From Eledone cirrhosa (lineage: Eukaryota), in NCBI GenBank assembly GCA_964016885.1, contig OZ024754.1, positions 29,264,001-29,328,000 on the forward strand: a DNA stretch of 64,000 bases, written 5' to 3'. The position numbers were made by a program, and so were the translations under genes. The stretch's first letter is position 1, and every line of letters starts with the position of its first letter. Shown piece after piece: positions 11,509 through 25,572 of this stretch. The notes under the pieces are model-generated. The model was not told where the DNA came from. It did not search any database and saw only the letters and a program-made list of their open reading frames with translations.

Positions 11509-12831
11509 TACATTATATACATTGGACGGATAGGTGTCCATATCTTGTTTTGTTGTTAACACAACGTTTAGGCTGATGTACTCTCCAGCCTTCATCAGTT
11601 GTCCTAGTGATGTTATTATTAACGTTTGTTCAGGTCACTGCCTAGAATTGTACTCGGAATCTTGAGGTTAGTAACCAGATTTTTAACCACTTTTTTTTTC
11701 ACGTGAATCTTTTTTGTTTTTTTTTCTTCTCTCGTGCATTTTTAGGTCCAAGTACTGCTAGATCATGTGAATTCAATAAAGCCATCCACACAGTTCACAA
11801 TGGAAAAAGAAAAAGACAATCAGCTAGCATTCCTGGATGTATTAATAACATGCACTGAGTATGGGTTCAAGACATCCGTATAACCGCAAGCCAACCTTCA
11901 CTGGACGATACCTCAACTACAATTTCCACCATCCATACAGTGTAAAGAGAGGGATGGTTCAGTGCCTAAAACATCGATTAAAGAATATAAGTAGCGATCC
12001 TAATACACACCACGAAGAAATGATCAAGCTAAGTAACAATTTGTTAAGCAACAACTATCCAAAAAACATACAATTAGGAAGGGGAGAGAGGATGAAACCC
12101 CAAAATTGACCATAGTCTGTCTACCCTATGTAAAAGGCCTCTCGGAAAAGATACAAAAGATATGCGGTCCATATGACATCAGGACAGTATTCAAGAGCAA
12201 TACAACACTTCGCAAATATCTCCTTCGAGTAGAACCACCAGTAGAAGAGAATATGACCAAAAACTGCGGGTACTCCATCCCATACAGCTGTGGTACGTTA
12301 TACAAAGGAGAAACAGGCCGCCCCCTCAAAATAAGGGTAGAAGAACATCGTAAAGCTGTGGCACGAGGAGAGATCGATAAATCGGGTATAACTGATCATG
12401 TATGGAAAAACGGAGACCACCTTCCATTGTGGGATGAAGTTAAAATACTAGACAGAGAACACCACTGGAAACACGAAAACTAAAATGGGCAGCACATATG
12501 CTAGGACACAATAACCTCCTAAGCAGACCTAGTGCAGATATGAGTAGTATATGGGAACCCGTATTGAGGAAGGATAGAAAAGTATCAGTTTATAAGCCCT
12601 AAAAATGCACGAGAAGAAAAAAAAAAAAAAGAATCACGGAAAAAAAAAAGTGGTTAAAAATCGGGTTACTAACCTCAAGATTCCGAGTACAATTCTAGGC
12701 AGTGACCTGAACAAACGTTAATAATAACATCACTAGGACAACTGATGAAGGCTGGTGAGTACATCAGCCGAAACGTTGTGTTAACAACAAAACAAGATAT
12801 GGACACCTATCCGTCCAATGTATATAATGTA
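11509..12831 (+). mobile_element. 5'-truncated Penelope/Poseidon-type PLE (RT thumb + GIY-YIG) with inverted pseudo-LTR
   Basis: LAFLDVL, RKPTFTGRYLNY, LPYVKGLSE, YSIP.SCG.LY.GETGR...RVEEH and ITDHVW motifs with frameshifts; 11509-11746 is the inverse of 12598-12831. Confidence 0.92.
12736..12782 (+). ncRNA. Minimal hammerhead-like motif in pseudo-LTR
   Basis: CTGATGA-a-GGCTG..CAGCC-GAAA-CGTT; palindromic AACGTT; stem I weak; the inverted copy has GAAA>TAAA. Confidence 0.6.
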
Positions 12832-12844
12832 TATATATATATAT

Positions 12845-14060
12845 ATCAATGATATTAATAAATGGAAACTATTTTTATAAAACCATATTTATTTTATTAT
12901 ATATATTTCAAGGGTACCACAATTTTGGTACGCCCTCATCAGATAAAATACAAAAGTTGTTTTATAAATATTGACATATCCCAAAAACAAGAACTTGTCA
13001 TTTTAAGTTAAGTTTGGTTAGAGAAAGAAATTTCAAATCTTAGGATGAATATGTTAATGAGGCTTAAACGTATGTTGAAAAAGATCGTTATATTTAGACG
13101 CTAGGTAAATTTAAATAATTATTATTAGGATAATTTCTTTTAAGGGAAGAAGAGAGAGTGGTTAATATTAATATTAGGGTGTAAGAAAATTTAAGGAATG
13201 AGTATAAGAAAAAATTATATTATAGTTAGAAATACACTATTATTATTATGATATAACTGTATGGATCAAATCAGTGAAGGTGATATATTTATATATTTAA
13301 TTATAATTATACACCACGGTAGTATCCATAAAATAATATGAGAACCATAAATGTGTTGAAATCCCAATTTTAAAATTGAGAGATAGTACTAATTATTGGA
13401 TCTATTCTAATCGTGAGTTATAATATTATATAGATAATATTTATAAGTATATTTTATGAAGAATTAAGGTTGTAAGTATATTTTACTTTATTATATTACA
13501 ACAGTTTATTTATATAAATATTTATATAAATAAGTTTGGTGAGTATATACGTTTTTTCAGTAGATTTAAATATTTAAATATTTAAATATTTTTTTTAATA
13601 TTTAAATATTTTTAAAATTTAAATATTTTTATATATATTAAGGGTTCCGATGAATTTCGTGTTTACATTTTCAATATATAGTTAAGAAAAAGGAAGTAGT
13701 TCTAGTTTTATTAGAGAAGATTGTTTTGTGTATTCTATAGTTCAATCAAGATAGGAATACATCTACAAAGTTTAGTAAGTTAACGAAATTATACAGAAAA
13801 TTTAATATTTATGTAAAGTTTAGTTGTTACTTAGAAGAAATATTTAAGCGTGTTACATTATAAAGGAAAAGATAACTCCAATATTTCTTAGTTAAACTAG
13901 TTCTGTTACATTTGTCGTTTATACTAGAATTTACTTTAAAAGAATATTCAATTAAGATATATGCAAAATATATGTAGAAAAATGTTATATATTATTTTGT
14001 ATATGATTTTAAAGTATCCTATATTACATATTTTCAAAGATAAAAATTCTTTTATATATG
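12845..14060 (-). mobile_element. Highly decayed AT-rich PLE with terminal HHR
   Basis: Clear HHR at 12892-12948; the rest is AT-rich decayed sequence with only faint RT/EN-like remnants. Confidence 0.45.
12892..12948 (-). ncRNA. Minimal type I hammerhead ribozyme motif
   Basis: UUUUAU-CUGAUGA-GGGcGUACCA..UGGUACCCUU-GAAA-U-AUAU-AUA-AUAAAA. Confidence 0.8.
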
Positions 14061-14082
14061 TATTTAGATGGCATTATCTACA

Positions 14083-14274
14083 GGGCGGTGGATTGGCAGT
14101 ATCGGTAGAGGGTCTGACGCCACGCTTTCCGGCATAGTTACGTCCCTTTACGGTCTGAGTTCAAATCCCGCCGAGGTTGACTTTGCCTTTGCCTTTCATC
14201 CTTACGGGGTCGATAAAATAAAGTACCAGTAATGTACTGGGTAATTACTGGCCTTGTGCCTAAAGTAGAAACAA
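14083..14274 (+). mobile_element. Full-length Nin/Deu-domain SINE
   Basis: A and B boxes, Nin core; TSD TATCTACA. Confidence 0.92.
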
Positions 14275-14400
14275 GTATCTACATCGCTGCAAATGTTAAT
14301 GTCTATATAGTCAATTAGGAAGAAATATTAGAGACATCTATAGTGGTATAGATAATATTTTCTATAGATTATAGATACTTCTGATGAATGTATAATTAAT

Positions 14401-14592
14401 AATTGTTTCTACTTTTTGGCATAAGGCCAGCAATTACTCAGTACATTACTGGTACTTTATTTTATGGACCCCGTAAGGATGAAAGGCAAAGTTGACCTCG
14501 GCGGGATTTGAATTCAGAATGGAAAGGGCCGTAATTCTATGCGTCAAAGCATGGCGTCCGACCCTCTACCGATACTGCCAATCCACCGCCCT
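14401..14592 (-). mobile_element. Full-length Nin/Deu-domain SINE
   Basis: Reverse complement of the consensus; TSD TGTATAATTAAT. Confidence 0.92.
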
Positions 14593-14664
14593 TCTGTATA
14601 ATTAATGTATAATAATGTATAATGTATAATAATTAATGTATAATAAATGTATAATTAATAATAC

Positions 14665-14888
14665 CTGCATTGTTTATTTCCAGGGTCTGTGTAGGGAAAT
14701 AAACCTCATTTGGTCATTCTATGAGAGTATCTTGGTCAGCCTATGCTAGGGCTGTAAAATCTTGCATGCATTAATTTCAACTCTTCTTATTAATAACTGC
14801 AATGTATATTTCCAGGGTCTATGTGGAAAAATAAACTTCATCTGGTCATTCCATGAGAGTATCTTGGTCAGCCTACGAACTTTTCATT
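14665..14888. mobile_element. Two tandem fragments of a mariner-type MITE
   Basis: TGGTCATTC(T/C)ATGAGAGTATCTTGGTCAGCCTA repeated at ~14710 and ~14843; related to the TIR at 15670-15703 and to 55462-55664. Confidence 0.55.
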
Positions 14889-15137
14889 ACTTTACATATA
14901 GTTTACTTACAGTTTAAATCCCTTCATTATGGTCGATAAAATAAAGTATCAATCAAGTACTGGAGTCGATTTAACCGAATTCCCTTCTCCCTATTAAACC
15001 ACTAGATTTATATCGAAATTAGAAACAATTATTATTTCTGAGGAGCATTAAAGACATCGTAGTTGGAGTCTTCTACGATAAAGAAAAATAGTATTTAATC
15101 AAAGAAAAGAAAAATAGTAGAGAAAACTGGTTCTGGT

Positions 15138-15703
15138 CTGTGTTGGAAAAGTTCATGACTATTAAGGAGTGATGCAAGGGCTGCGCAATTTTGTCTGCAT
15201 TAATTTCAACGCTTTTTTAGGGAGGTGGATTGGCAGTATCGATGGAGAGTCGAACGCCATGCTTTCCAGCATAGTTACGTCCCTTTACGATCTGAGTTCA
15301 AATCCCGCCGAGGTTGACTTTGCCTTTAATCCTTACGGGGTCGATAAAATAAAGTACCAGTAATGCACTGGGTATTTGCTGGCCTTGTGCCTAAAGTAGA
15401 AACAATTAATTTCAACGCTTTTTGTTAATAACTGCAAAAGGGTGGTGGATTGGCAGTGTTGGTGGAGCATCGAACACCCTTCTTCGCGACATACAGTTAC
15501 GACACTGCCGAGGTTAAATAAAGTACCAGTAACACACTGGGAACAATTTAAACGACTTTCTCCTCCCTACTAAAATTGTTGGCCATGTGCTTAAATCAGA
15601 AATCACTAATAAGTGTGATGTCTCTCTCTAGAGAACGAACCTCATTTGGTCATACCACGAGAGTACCTTGGTCAACCTATGAACGTTTCAGCCAACCCTC
15701 GTA
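15138..15703. mobile_element. Mariner-type MITE interrupted by two SINEs
   Basis: Right TIR GGTCAACCTATGAACGTTTCAGCCAACCCTCGTA; decayed left TIR GTTGGAAAAGTTCAT. Confidence 0.5.
15220..15406 (+). mobile_element. Full-length Nin/Deu-domain SINE
   Basis: Consensus match; 19-bp TSD ATTAATTTCAACGCTTTTT (15199-15217 / 15405-15423). Confidence 0.93.
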
Positions 15704-15923
15704 TGAATATTTAAATCAATCAAATACCCAGCTATGTACATTGGAAATATATGAAATATATTAGCTGAAAGAAATGAGAATTCCCAATGGTTTTGTAACA
15801 GTTAATAATATCACCATTAGAAATAACCTATCTTTCATGACAATGTTTACGATTTTTTAACAGTCTATTGACTAAAAACACCGTAAGTGTTTTAGTCTAG
15901 TCGTTTATAATCTGCCTTATATA

Positions 15924-15979
<56 letters not shown>

Positions 15980-15984
15980 CATAT

Positions 15985-16370
15985 ATAAATGGAAAAGAAT
16001 GAAACGAAATTTTCTTTCTCACTCTTAGTACGGCTGATACTTAAATATAAGTATGTATACGTACATACATATATGTATACAAACGTACAGTAGTATGTAT
16101 ATATATATATATATATACATGCATGCACACTTATATATTTGTACGTATGGGTTTACCGAACAGTTGTTATAATGTTCGGTTTGTTTGTAAACAAACAGCC
16201 CGAATTACGCCGTACAGTGTTCAGGCAACCATCGTCGCCTTTTTGTTCAAAAATAACTGTTCGGTAAACCCATACGTACATATATATGTGTGCATGTATG
16301 TATATATATATACATACTACTGTACGTCTGTATACATATATGTATGTACGTATACATACATACTTACATT

Positions 16371-16372
<2 letters not shown>
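15985..16372. repeat. Dispersed repeat with internal inverted arms
   Basis: ~16042-16170 is inverted at ~16254-16372 (GTACGTATGGGTTTACCGAACAGTT core); parts recur at 63455-63612. Confidence 0.7.
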
Positions 16373-16454
<82 letters not shown>

Positions 16455-16482
16455 TGTGTGTATGTATGTAACTATCTATCTA

Positions 16483-16579
<97 letters not shown>

Positions 16580-16682
16580 TAAACACACACACACATGTAT
16601 ATATGTTTGCGTACAATCGAAAGAAAAGAGTGATCAGCACCGAATATAATGCATTGCAAAAAATAAGTCAAACTCTTAAGAC

Positions 16683-16748
<66 letters not shown>

Positions 16749-16925
16749 CATTACCTGTGTTAATGTACTTGAATATCAGTTGAAAAAAGAAGTTTTAATC
16801 TCGTAAATTGTACATTAATGTTATTAGTTATATTGATTACATTTTCACAGTCAAATACACAGCACTAATAATTCAGTTTGATTGAGTGAATTTTGACTCG
16901 ATATAAATATATACATACACACATT

Positions 16926-16969
<44 letters not shown>

Positions 16970-18805
16970 CATACATATATATGAAAACATATATAAATAT
17001 ATATATACATATATATATGTTCCCTCTTCTGTCCCCCCTCCCGATAATTTCAATGGTTTATAAACCTGGTATCTTACATATTTTTTGGTTGCCTTTTCCC
17101 TTTCCTTTTCCTTTCTCCTTCTTTACTACCTCCCTCTCAGTCTCACGAGATTCTGTGGCTCTAAAAGCGCAATACCTTCTAGTCCTCACATAAAATTCTA
17201 TGTATACCTGTTATGGCTTAATTGCTATAAGTTATTGTTTGTTCTTGTTATTTATTCCACAGACAGTGGTTTGGCTTGTGTCAGATGCTGTGACCCCGGA
17301 TGGAACAGATGGTCGGAACAGAGCAATCAACGCGATGTTTTATCAACTCTGCCAATTCACTGCACTATGTACGCTATATATGATGTTACAGAAAGAAAAA
17401 TCAACAGCTGATATAGCTTGACATCAGTGTCGCAACTGATTTTTACCAGCTTAGCTGACTTGAACAACTGAAGATATTTTATTTTTAACAAGGAAACAAC
17501 GCGCCGCCCGTTCCAACTATCGAACTTACGGCCTTACGATCATAACCCCAATGATCTCACTTTTCAGCCATGTTCAATCACTGCACTTACATCGGTCTTT
17601 TATTAAATCAGTTAAATGTGTGTACTGTTAAAAAAAGAATTTCACCTATTTCAGTTGTCATGGAATTGTGTAAGATGTCGATATTCTGATTATAAATATA
17701 GCTGAATTCGCTGCAATGCTAGAATCAAATAACAGTGTGTATTAGCAGAAAGTTGGGTTTTATAGCAAATAACCAGGTGTCGGAACGAATGTTGATACAG
17801 TGAGTATGACTGTTGACTTTACCGCCAGATGTTTGATAAACGTCTGCAGAATGAAACAGACAGGATGGCGACTAACAAGGCCTGTGCTTCAGTAAATAGC
17901 CAGATAATTGTACTAATGTCATTTTATGTTATAAATTAACACTACAATACTATGATTTGCTAAGGTTGTCTCAATATAAAAGATTTTGCTACTTGTGGTT
18001 CATTTCATCTTTTTTTTTCTCACTTTGTGGTGCGGAGAATAAGCTGAGGAGTTAGGGTGTCGGATTTGTTCCGACTCATTGCGCTATGTGTTCAAACACC
18101 ACCGAGGCCCACCTTGCTTTTCATCCTTTCTGGGTCGATAAATAACTTACCACTCTAGTTCAGGGACAGTGGATTAGTAGAATGTTGAAAGAGTCAGACG
18201 GAATCATTTGCGGTATTTGATCGGCTATGTGCGTTCTGAGTTCAAATCCCGCCGCCGTCGGCTAGGATTTACAACTGGTAGATAGTATCAGCAATGGAAA
18301 ATCAATGGATGCATTGTTTACTTGGTTCGATCTGACAATCGGTTTCTTTCTTTTTCTTAAAAATATAAAAATGTGTAGGTACGTGGTATAGGGATGAGGG
18401 TTTTGACTTCACAACCGTATCGTCTTTATTTTATTCCCAGACCGGGTGGCATGTTGTATTCTTGAGCAAGGCACTTGCAACTCTCACTGCTCCAGTTCAA
18501 TCAGTTCAAAATGAGCACCATCATCGTCATCACCATCATCATCGTCATCATCATCATCATCAGAGAAGGAGGAGGAGGGTATATTTATTATAAATTATAC
18601 AGACCACTTCGTTGCCGAAACCATGGCAGGGAGAAGTGTATATGAGTGAGGCCAACTTAATTTAGTCTGTCTGACTTATACTCCCCTAAATAGAGTTTTG
18701 GGGGGCTTAAGTTTAACATGTAATATTGTTTCTATGAGTGATATTTTATCTATATATTTTATCCATTGATTGAGGTGTTTAAGTATTAGTGACTAATAAC
18801 GTTTT

Positions 18806-18844
<39 letters not shown>

Positions 18845-18849
<5 letters not shown>

Positions 18850-19160
18850 GAGAGTAAAACAAAGAATCCTTTAATACATCAAAAGTTTTTATTAGCCGAC
18901 AATGTTTTGTCCTATTAAGGACTCATCAGGGCAATCAAAACAACAAGAAGTAATATCGGCAGATACAAGCCGGAAACTCTGAAGAATATGGAGTGTGCAT
19001 ACACTAAAGTCTTACAAAAATATATGATAATAAAAATGAAAATAAAAATAAAAATAATAAAAATATATAATATAATAATAAGAATAACTAAGGATGTAGA
19101 TAACATTAAGAACCATATTACAAATATAGTCCAAAGCAACTAACCTAAATCTAAACAAAT
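18845..19160 (-). mobile_element. PLE 3' pseudo-LTR fragment with G12-mutant HHR
   Basis: Paralog of 26510-26810; GCC-CUGAUGA-GUCCU..AGGAC-AAAA-CAUUGUC-GGC at ~18895-18933. Confidence 0.8.
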
Positions 19161-19301
19161 TTATATATACTTATATATATATATACTTATATATATATAC
19201 TTATATATATATATACTTATATATATATATATACTTATATATATACTTATATATATATATATATATACTTATATATATATATATACTTATATATATATAT
19301 A

Positions 19302-19396
<95 letters not shown>

Positions 19397-19399
19397 AGA

Positions 19400-19532
19400 G
19401 AAATGGCTTCTACAGGACTAGAATTGTTTCATTTTAGTCCTGTAGAAGCCATTTCTATAATAAATATTGTATATACTCTACTATGTATTGAGTACCTTAC
19501 TTATTGCGGTTACCCCCGATTGAACCCAGAAT
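19400..19532 (+). repeat. PLE 3' tail with short 5' fold-back
   Basis: AATGGCTTCTACAGGACTA is inverted as TAGTCCTGTAGAAGCCATT; tail matches 25300-25398, 33010-33155 and 35555-35617. Confidence 0.7.
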
Positions 19533-19845
19533 ATACACGCGCGCATATATATGTCCGAAATTCTCAAGTAGCCTTTCTTATATGTGTGGGAGATAGATAT
19601 TCAAATTGGCGTTGCTGCTTGTGAACTGGCTAGGGTATCAAGTTACCAGATTGGTCGCTTGATTCTTACTGAGGCATGTATGAACTGTTAATCTATTTTT
19701 TATATTTTATACTATATTTTTTTTCACTTAGATACTAATTATAATTTTAGATATTTGTACTTTGATGCTGATGTTATAATGTATCTATATATTAATGAAT
19801 GTTTAATTAATTATTTGGTGGTCTATTTAACATTGTTTAAGTTTT

Positions 19846-20966
19846 AACTATATACTCTACGAAATGTCTTATTAATTTTGTGTAAACAAGAATTAAAAAT
19901 TTCAGAGCATTTATTGATAATTTTATGTCTACTATTTATGATGTGTAGAGTTTCGGTAGTACAGAGGTCACATGCCCTAGATATAGATCCATTTATACAT
20001 GGAAAAGCAGGTGAGAGTTTTGACCAAGAAAGGGAGTAATCCACTTGTTTATTTTTTAGCGACCAAATCAATTCCCACAGGGCCGTGCTAGATCTTTTAA
20101 AAGCTGTTTTAAATGAGTAGCGATGGTTGTACCACCTTTCCTTAAAACTAGTAGAAGTTGCACCGATATGTCTTACTACTCGTTTTTACTTCACATTTAT
20201 AAACAATATTTTTCTCTAAACAGTTATTTTTCATTGGGCAACTGTTACGATTTCTGCAATTGCAATTATTTACGATACCATTCATTGTTCCCTCCCTGTA
20301 TCTCATTTATGTTAATGATGTTATCCCTGTTATTAGAGTTGCTGTTTACTCTATCAGTGTTTCCGTGCATACTATTATGAGTTATCTCTTTATGTTTAAT
20401 TCCCAGATTTCTATTGTTAATTTTCGCTATATTCTGGGCTATGCTTTTGGTTGTCGAGTAAGAAAGTTTAATTGTGTGTCGATTAAGAATTTGACTGTAT
20501 TTATGTGATCTAGGAAAACATTTATCTAACGCGTTAAAAAAAGCCTAGCTATGTTTTTTGTAGTCCCAAGGAGTGGGGTTGATTATATCACAGAACGGAG
20601 CAGAATCTAACCCACTTAACTTTATGATGGTATTTGAGTTATATCTATTTGGAGCCGGATATGTCCTGTCTGTATTGTTTTGGCTTCGATTACTCCTATT
20701 ATTTCCATTACCGCTAATTGTTAGTGTTTATATCTATGGTTCATTTGTGTTTATGAGTGGGTGGGTGTTTCTATCTATATGCATGTACTCAATTTTGTCC
20801 TGGTAACCGGCTCTAGCTAATGCATTATTATAGTATCTAGCCTTGCCATCGAGGATTTCCCTGTTAGCTGAGAGTCTAGAGATTCTCTGTTCTACACGTT
20901 TGACTATGGCCTTCTTAACGTTTCTAGGATGGTTTGAGAAGTAGCTATCATAATTGAGGTTTTCAT
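19846..20966 (-). mobile_element. 5'-truncated, disrupted Hydra-clade-like PLE (RT thumb + GIY-YIG)
   Basis: NYDSYFSNHPRNV..RISRLS.N, CNCRNRNSCPMKN, WSLK..W...CDLCTTETLHI..IINK.SEIFNSCLHK. Confidence 0.85.
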
Positions 20967-22069
20967 TTCATTATATATATATATTAAAATATAAGTATAC
21001 AAAAGACACTGTGTATGTGTGTATGTGTGTGTGTGTGTGTAATCAGAAATACAAAAACTAAATATGACGTATTCGTAAATTTAATTTTTATAAAAGTGCT
21101 CAACAAATCGCAAAAGAAGAACTACGATACAATCTAGATGATGCATTTGGAACGAAGACTACAAGAAACATTTCATTACATGCAGGCGAACTCTATGCCA
21201 AAAAGTCGTCGCTATTTCATAATATGTATTTTTCTAGAATTACATGTGCGATGCCAATTTCTCATCTGCTATCACTTCTATAGTATACGAAATATCGAGT
21301 TATGTACCTACATTAGTTCACACTCATACTTATATAACCAATGTCATTTGGATTAATAGTAAATGCTACAAGAATGGGGTACCTTCGAAATTCATATTAA
21401 CTGGATGAACACGTAGAAACACAATTACATTTTCTAGCTTAGTTACTAGAATTCTGATTATTTATACTATTTATCATCTTCTTATTATTGTTTATGGTTG
21501 TGACTGTATTAGCAACATTTGTTAATGTTCAATGACTTTCTTGAAAAGAAATTTGACTAGAACATGTTTTCTATGTTCATAATTTTCTAGGGACTAGGGA
21601 AAATATCTTCCAGCTTATTTGAGTTACTAAATAGCCTGCTTATTTTCTCACTTATAATCGAAAAAGAAAGACTATATACATCTTAAATGTTTCTACTCTC
21701 TTTCATTCTATTAATTTGTTTCCATCAAATATTGTCAATGGTTACGTTGAAGCCGTTAGCTGGAAAGGCATTATGATATAAATTCGCTCTAATTAAACAG
21801 TAGTAGTAGTAGACAATTGCGTACACACACACACACTACGCGCGCGCACACACATTAAAACACACACACACATTCACACACATATAGAAGATCCTGTAGA
21901 GGATGAAAGCAGACATTCCTTGTTTAAACTTTAATATGTACTAATAATAAATATCTGCTTATATATATTGGCCTTTGAATTTATTATTACTATATATATA
22001 TTCGTATTTATTGGATTATACACATTTCAGTGACATCAATGTTGAGCTGTTATTCCATCCACAGCATAT

Positions 22070-22143
<74 letters not shown>

Positions 22144-22709
22144 TATATATAGGTATATGAAATAAGGATGTTGTTTCCTATATCGACAATGAGTGGAGTA
22201 ATATCATGAAAAATATGATTTAACAACGTTTAAAAGTTAAAATATTTAATTAATTACAGAGTTAATGAAAAAATAATGTTCAAATACATGGAATAAAAGA
22301 CTAGTGAAACAGTAACATTTGGAAAATTGCAGTTAGTTTATTCATGCAAAAACGTGCCGAAGGAAACGAATTTTCGGTTATAAAATCTACGCCATTTTGT
22401 TTCCTTATTTTTATATTTTAAAGCTGAAAGCTGTATAGAAGTTGTAGATGTTTTGTTTGCTTGTTGGGATTTTTTCCCATATTTATTGAAAACAAATACA
22501 GCTCTGAACCAAAATACAGCTAGATAAACATATATTGTAAAGTGAAAATTAGTTAAACTCACAATTCGTGATTAATATATAGTTTCGATGCCGTTTGATT
22601 TTGTTTAGGAGTTAGTTTGTTATTTTACATGTTTACCAACGTATGAATTGATCTATGATGTATTTTCGCCCAACGGCACACGCAAACAAACACATTTTAC
22701 GAAAACCAC

Positions 22710-22711
<2 letters not shown>

Positions 22712-22759
<48 letters not shown>

Positions 22760-22765
22760 AACATG

Positions 22766-22812
<47 letters not shown>

Positions 22813-22813
22813 C

Positions 22814-22885
<72 letters not shown>

Positions 22886-23055
22886 CATATATATATATAT
22901 ATATATAGATATATATATAGCATATATATATATATATATATATATATAGCATATATATATATATATATATATAGCATATATATATAGCATATATATATAT
23001 ATATATAGCATATATGTATATATATATAGCATATATATATATATATATATACATA

Positions 23056-23091
<36 letters not shown>

Positions 23092-23326
23092 CATATATAT
23101 ATATATATATAGCATATATATATATATATATATATATATAGCATATACATATATATATATATATACCATATATATATATAGCATATACATATATATATAT
23201 ATATACCATATATATATATAGCATATACATATATATATATATATACCATATATATATATAGCATATACATATATATATATATATACCATATATATATATA
23301 GCATATATATATATATATATATATAT

Positions 23327-23416
<90 letters not shown>

Positions 23417-23422
23417 CATATA

Positions 23423-23478
<56 letters not shown>
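22712..23478. repeat. Compound (TA)n array with GC/CC interruptions and a 40-bp higher-order unit
   Basis: GCATATACAT(AT)7ACCATA(TA)5 repeated four times at 23141-23300. Confidence 0.9.
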
Positions 23479-23479
<1 letters not shown>

Positions 23480-23663
23480 TGCTAAATGTTTGAGTTTATG
23501 AAGACATGAGTGCGGTGCGGCCATGTTTGTGAGAATGTGATTATATTTAAATGTGTTGTGTTTATTTAACGAAAGAATGTTGTGAGAGTTTGTGCGATTT
23601 CATTCAAGTTTGCTCATGTGTGATGGTGAACTTTCTTGTATAGAACTTGGTGAGTTTGTTTAT

Positions 23664-23808
<145 letters not shown>

Positions 23809-23847
23809 AATAAATATATATATATATATATATAAAAATATATATAT

Positions 23848-23957
<110 letters not shown>

Positions 23958-24089
23958 ATACACGCATACACATATACATACGCATAGATGTATAAATATA
24001 TTTAGATATAACTAAAGTCACCAAGGAAAATCAACACAAGAACAATACAATGATGGTATACTAGTTTAATGCTTGATAAATATATTATA

Positions 24090-24215
<126 letters not shown>

Positions 24216-24516
24216 CAGAAGATTTCCATTAGAAACGAAATCTCATAGGGAGTGGTTATATATATATATATATATATATATGCATTCCTAATTGTTATTT
24301 CTTTTTCTAATCGAAATCTACCAAAATAAATAGCATTTCTCACTTTAATATTTGATTTGTAAATCGATTTTGATGTTTAGTTAATCAGATGCTAATGAAG
24401 CCTGACATATAAGCATATGTAGTTTTATATATTTCTGAAAAACAATAGGAAAAGAAGTATTATCTCTATCGACTGATGCTATTGACCCAAGTTAATAGAA
24501 GTAACCGTTTTAAAAA

Positions 24517-25048
24517 CTGTTTCTACTTTTGGCACAAGGCCAGCAAATACCCAGTGCATTACTGGTACTTTAATAACAAACTACCTGTAACCGCACCAGG
24601 GTCTTCAATAAAAACATCTTTATTTTGAGGTTATCATATTTCTGCATGAAATTTTGTTATGTTCCGAATGCTTCTTTAATAATTGTTTCAGCAAAGGCCA
24701 GCAATTATCCCAGTGCATTACTGGTATTTTATTTTTTCCTCCAAGGATGAAAGCAAACTTAACCTTGGCGAGATTTGAACTCAGACCGTAAGGCGGCGTA
24801 ACTCTATGCTGCAAAGCCTGGCGTCCGACCGTCTATCGATACTGCCAGGCCACCGCCTCTTTAATAATTGTTTCTACTTTTGGCATAAGGCCAGAAATTA
24901 ACCCAGTGCATTACTGGTACTTTATTTTATCAACCCCGTAAGGATGAAAGGCAAAGTTAACCTCGGCGGATTTGAACTCAGACCGAAAAGGGATGTAACT
25001 CTATGCTGCAAAGCATGGCGCCCGACTCTCTAGCGATACTGCCAATCC
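24517..25048 (-). mobile_element. Cluster of three Nin/Deu SINE copies (24517-24571, 24680-24860, 24865-25048)
   Basis: Consensus matches, head-to-tail. Confidence 0.88.
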
Positions 25049-25212
25049 AAATGAATACTAATCATATTACTTGTCTTTCACTAAAATATTTTGTCTGGTT
25101 CTGTGCCTCAAAGGGGAATTTTCTAGTTGCAAAATCCATGGACATTTGTGCCCGAATGGTGTCTTGGGGTCTCTACTGTATATGGGGTCTTTACAATATA
25201 TATAGACATTTA

Positions 25213-25398
25213 ATATAGAAATAATGGCTTCTACAGGACTAGAAATGTGTCATACGAAGGAAATCATCAGGCGTTGCTCATGATTTCCTTCGAATGAAAC
25301 AGTTCTAGTCATGTAGAAGCCATTTCTATATCAAACTTTTGTATATACTCTGCTAATGTATTACTTACTGTGGTTACCCCCCGTTTGAACCCGGGACT
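25213..25398 (+). repeat. PLE 3' tail with ~55-bp fold-back
   Basis: 25213-25270 is inverted at 25276-25330; same family as 19400 and 33010. Confidence 0.7.
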
Positions 25399-25572
25399 CA
25401 TACAAACAAAAACACACACACACACATATATAGATATATATAAATATATATATATGTGTGTGTGTGTGTGTAATATATATATTTAATTATATATATTTAA
25501 CATAATACCATCCTCTAATAATGTACCCCTTAATCTTATATACTTATTATATACTTTTTATCATATTTCCTG

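Noticed and set aside
14083-14175. tRNA genes
   Set aside because: A/B boxes belong to SINE heads; no cloverleaf
22390-22398. YY1-like CGCCATTTT promoter motif
   Set aside because: Single short match with no supported downstream gene
22633-23419. YI-, HT- and CV-repeat ORFs here and throughout the window
   Set aside because: Stop-free translations of (TA)n/(CA)n microsatellites
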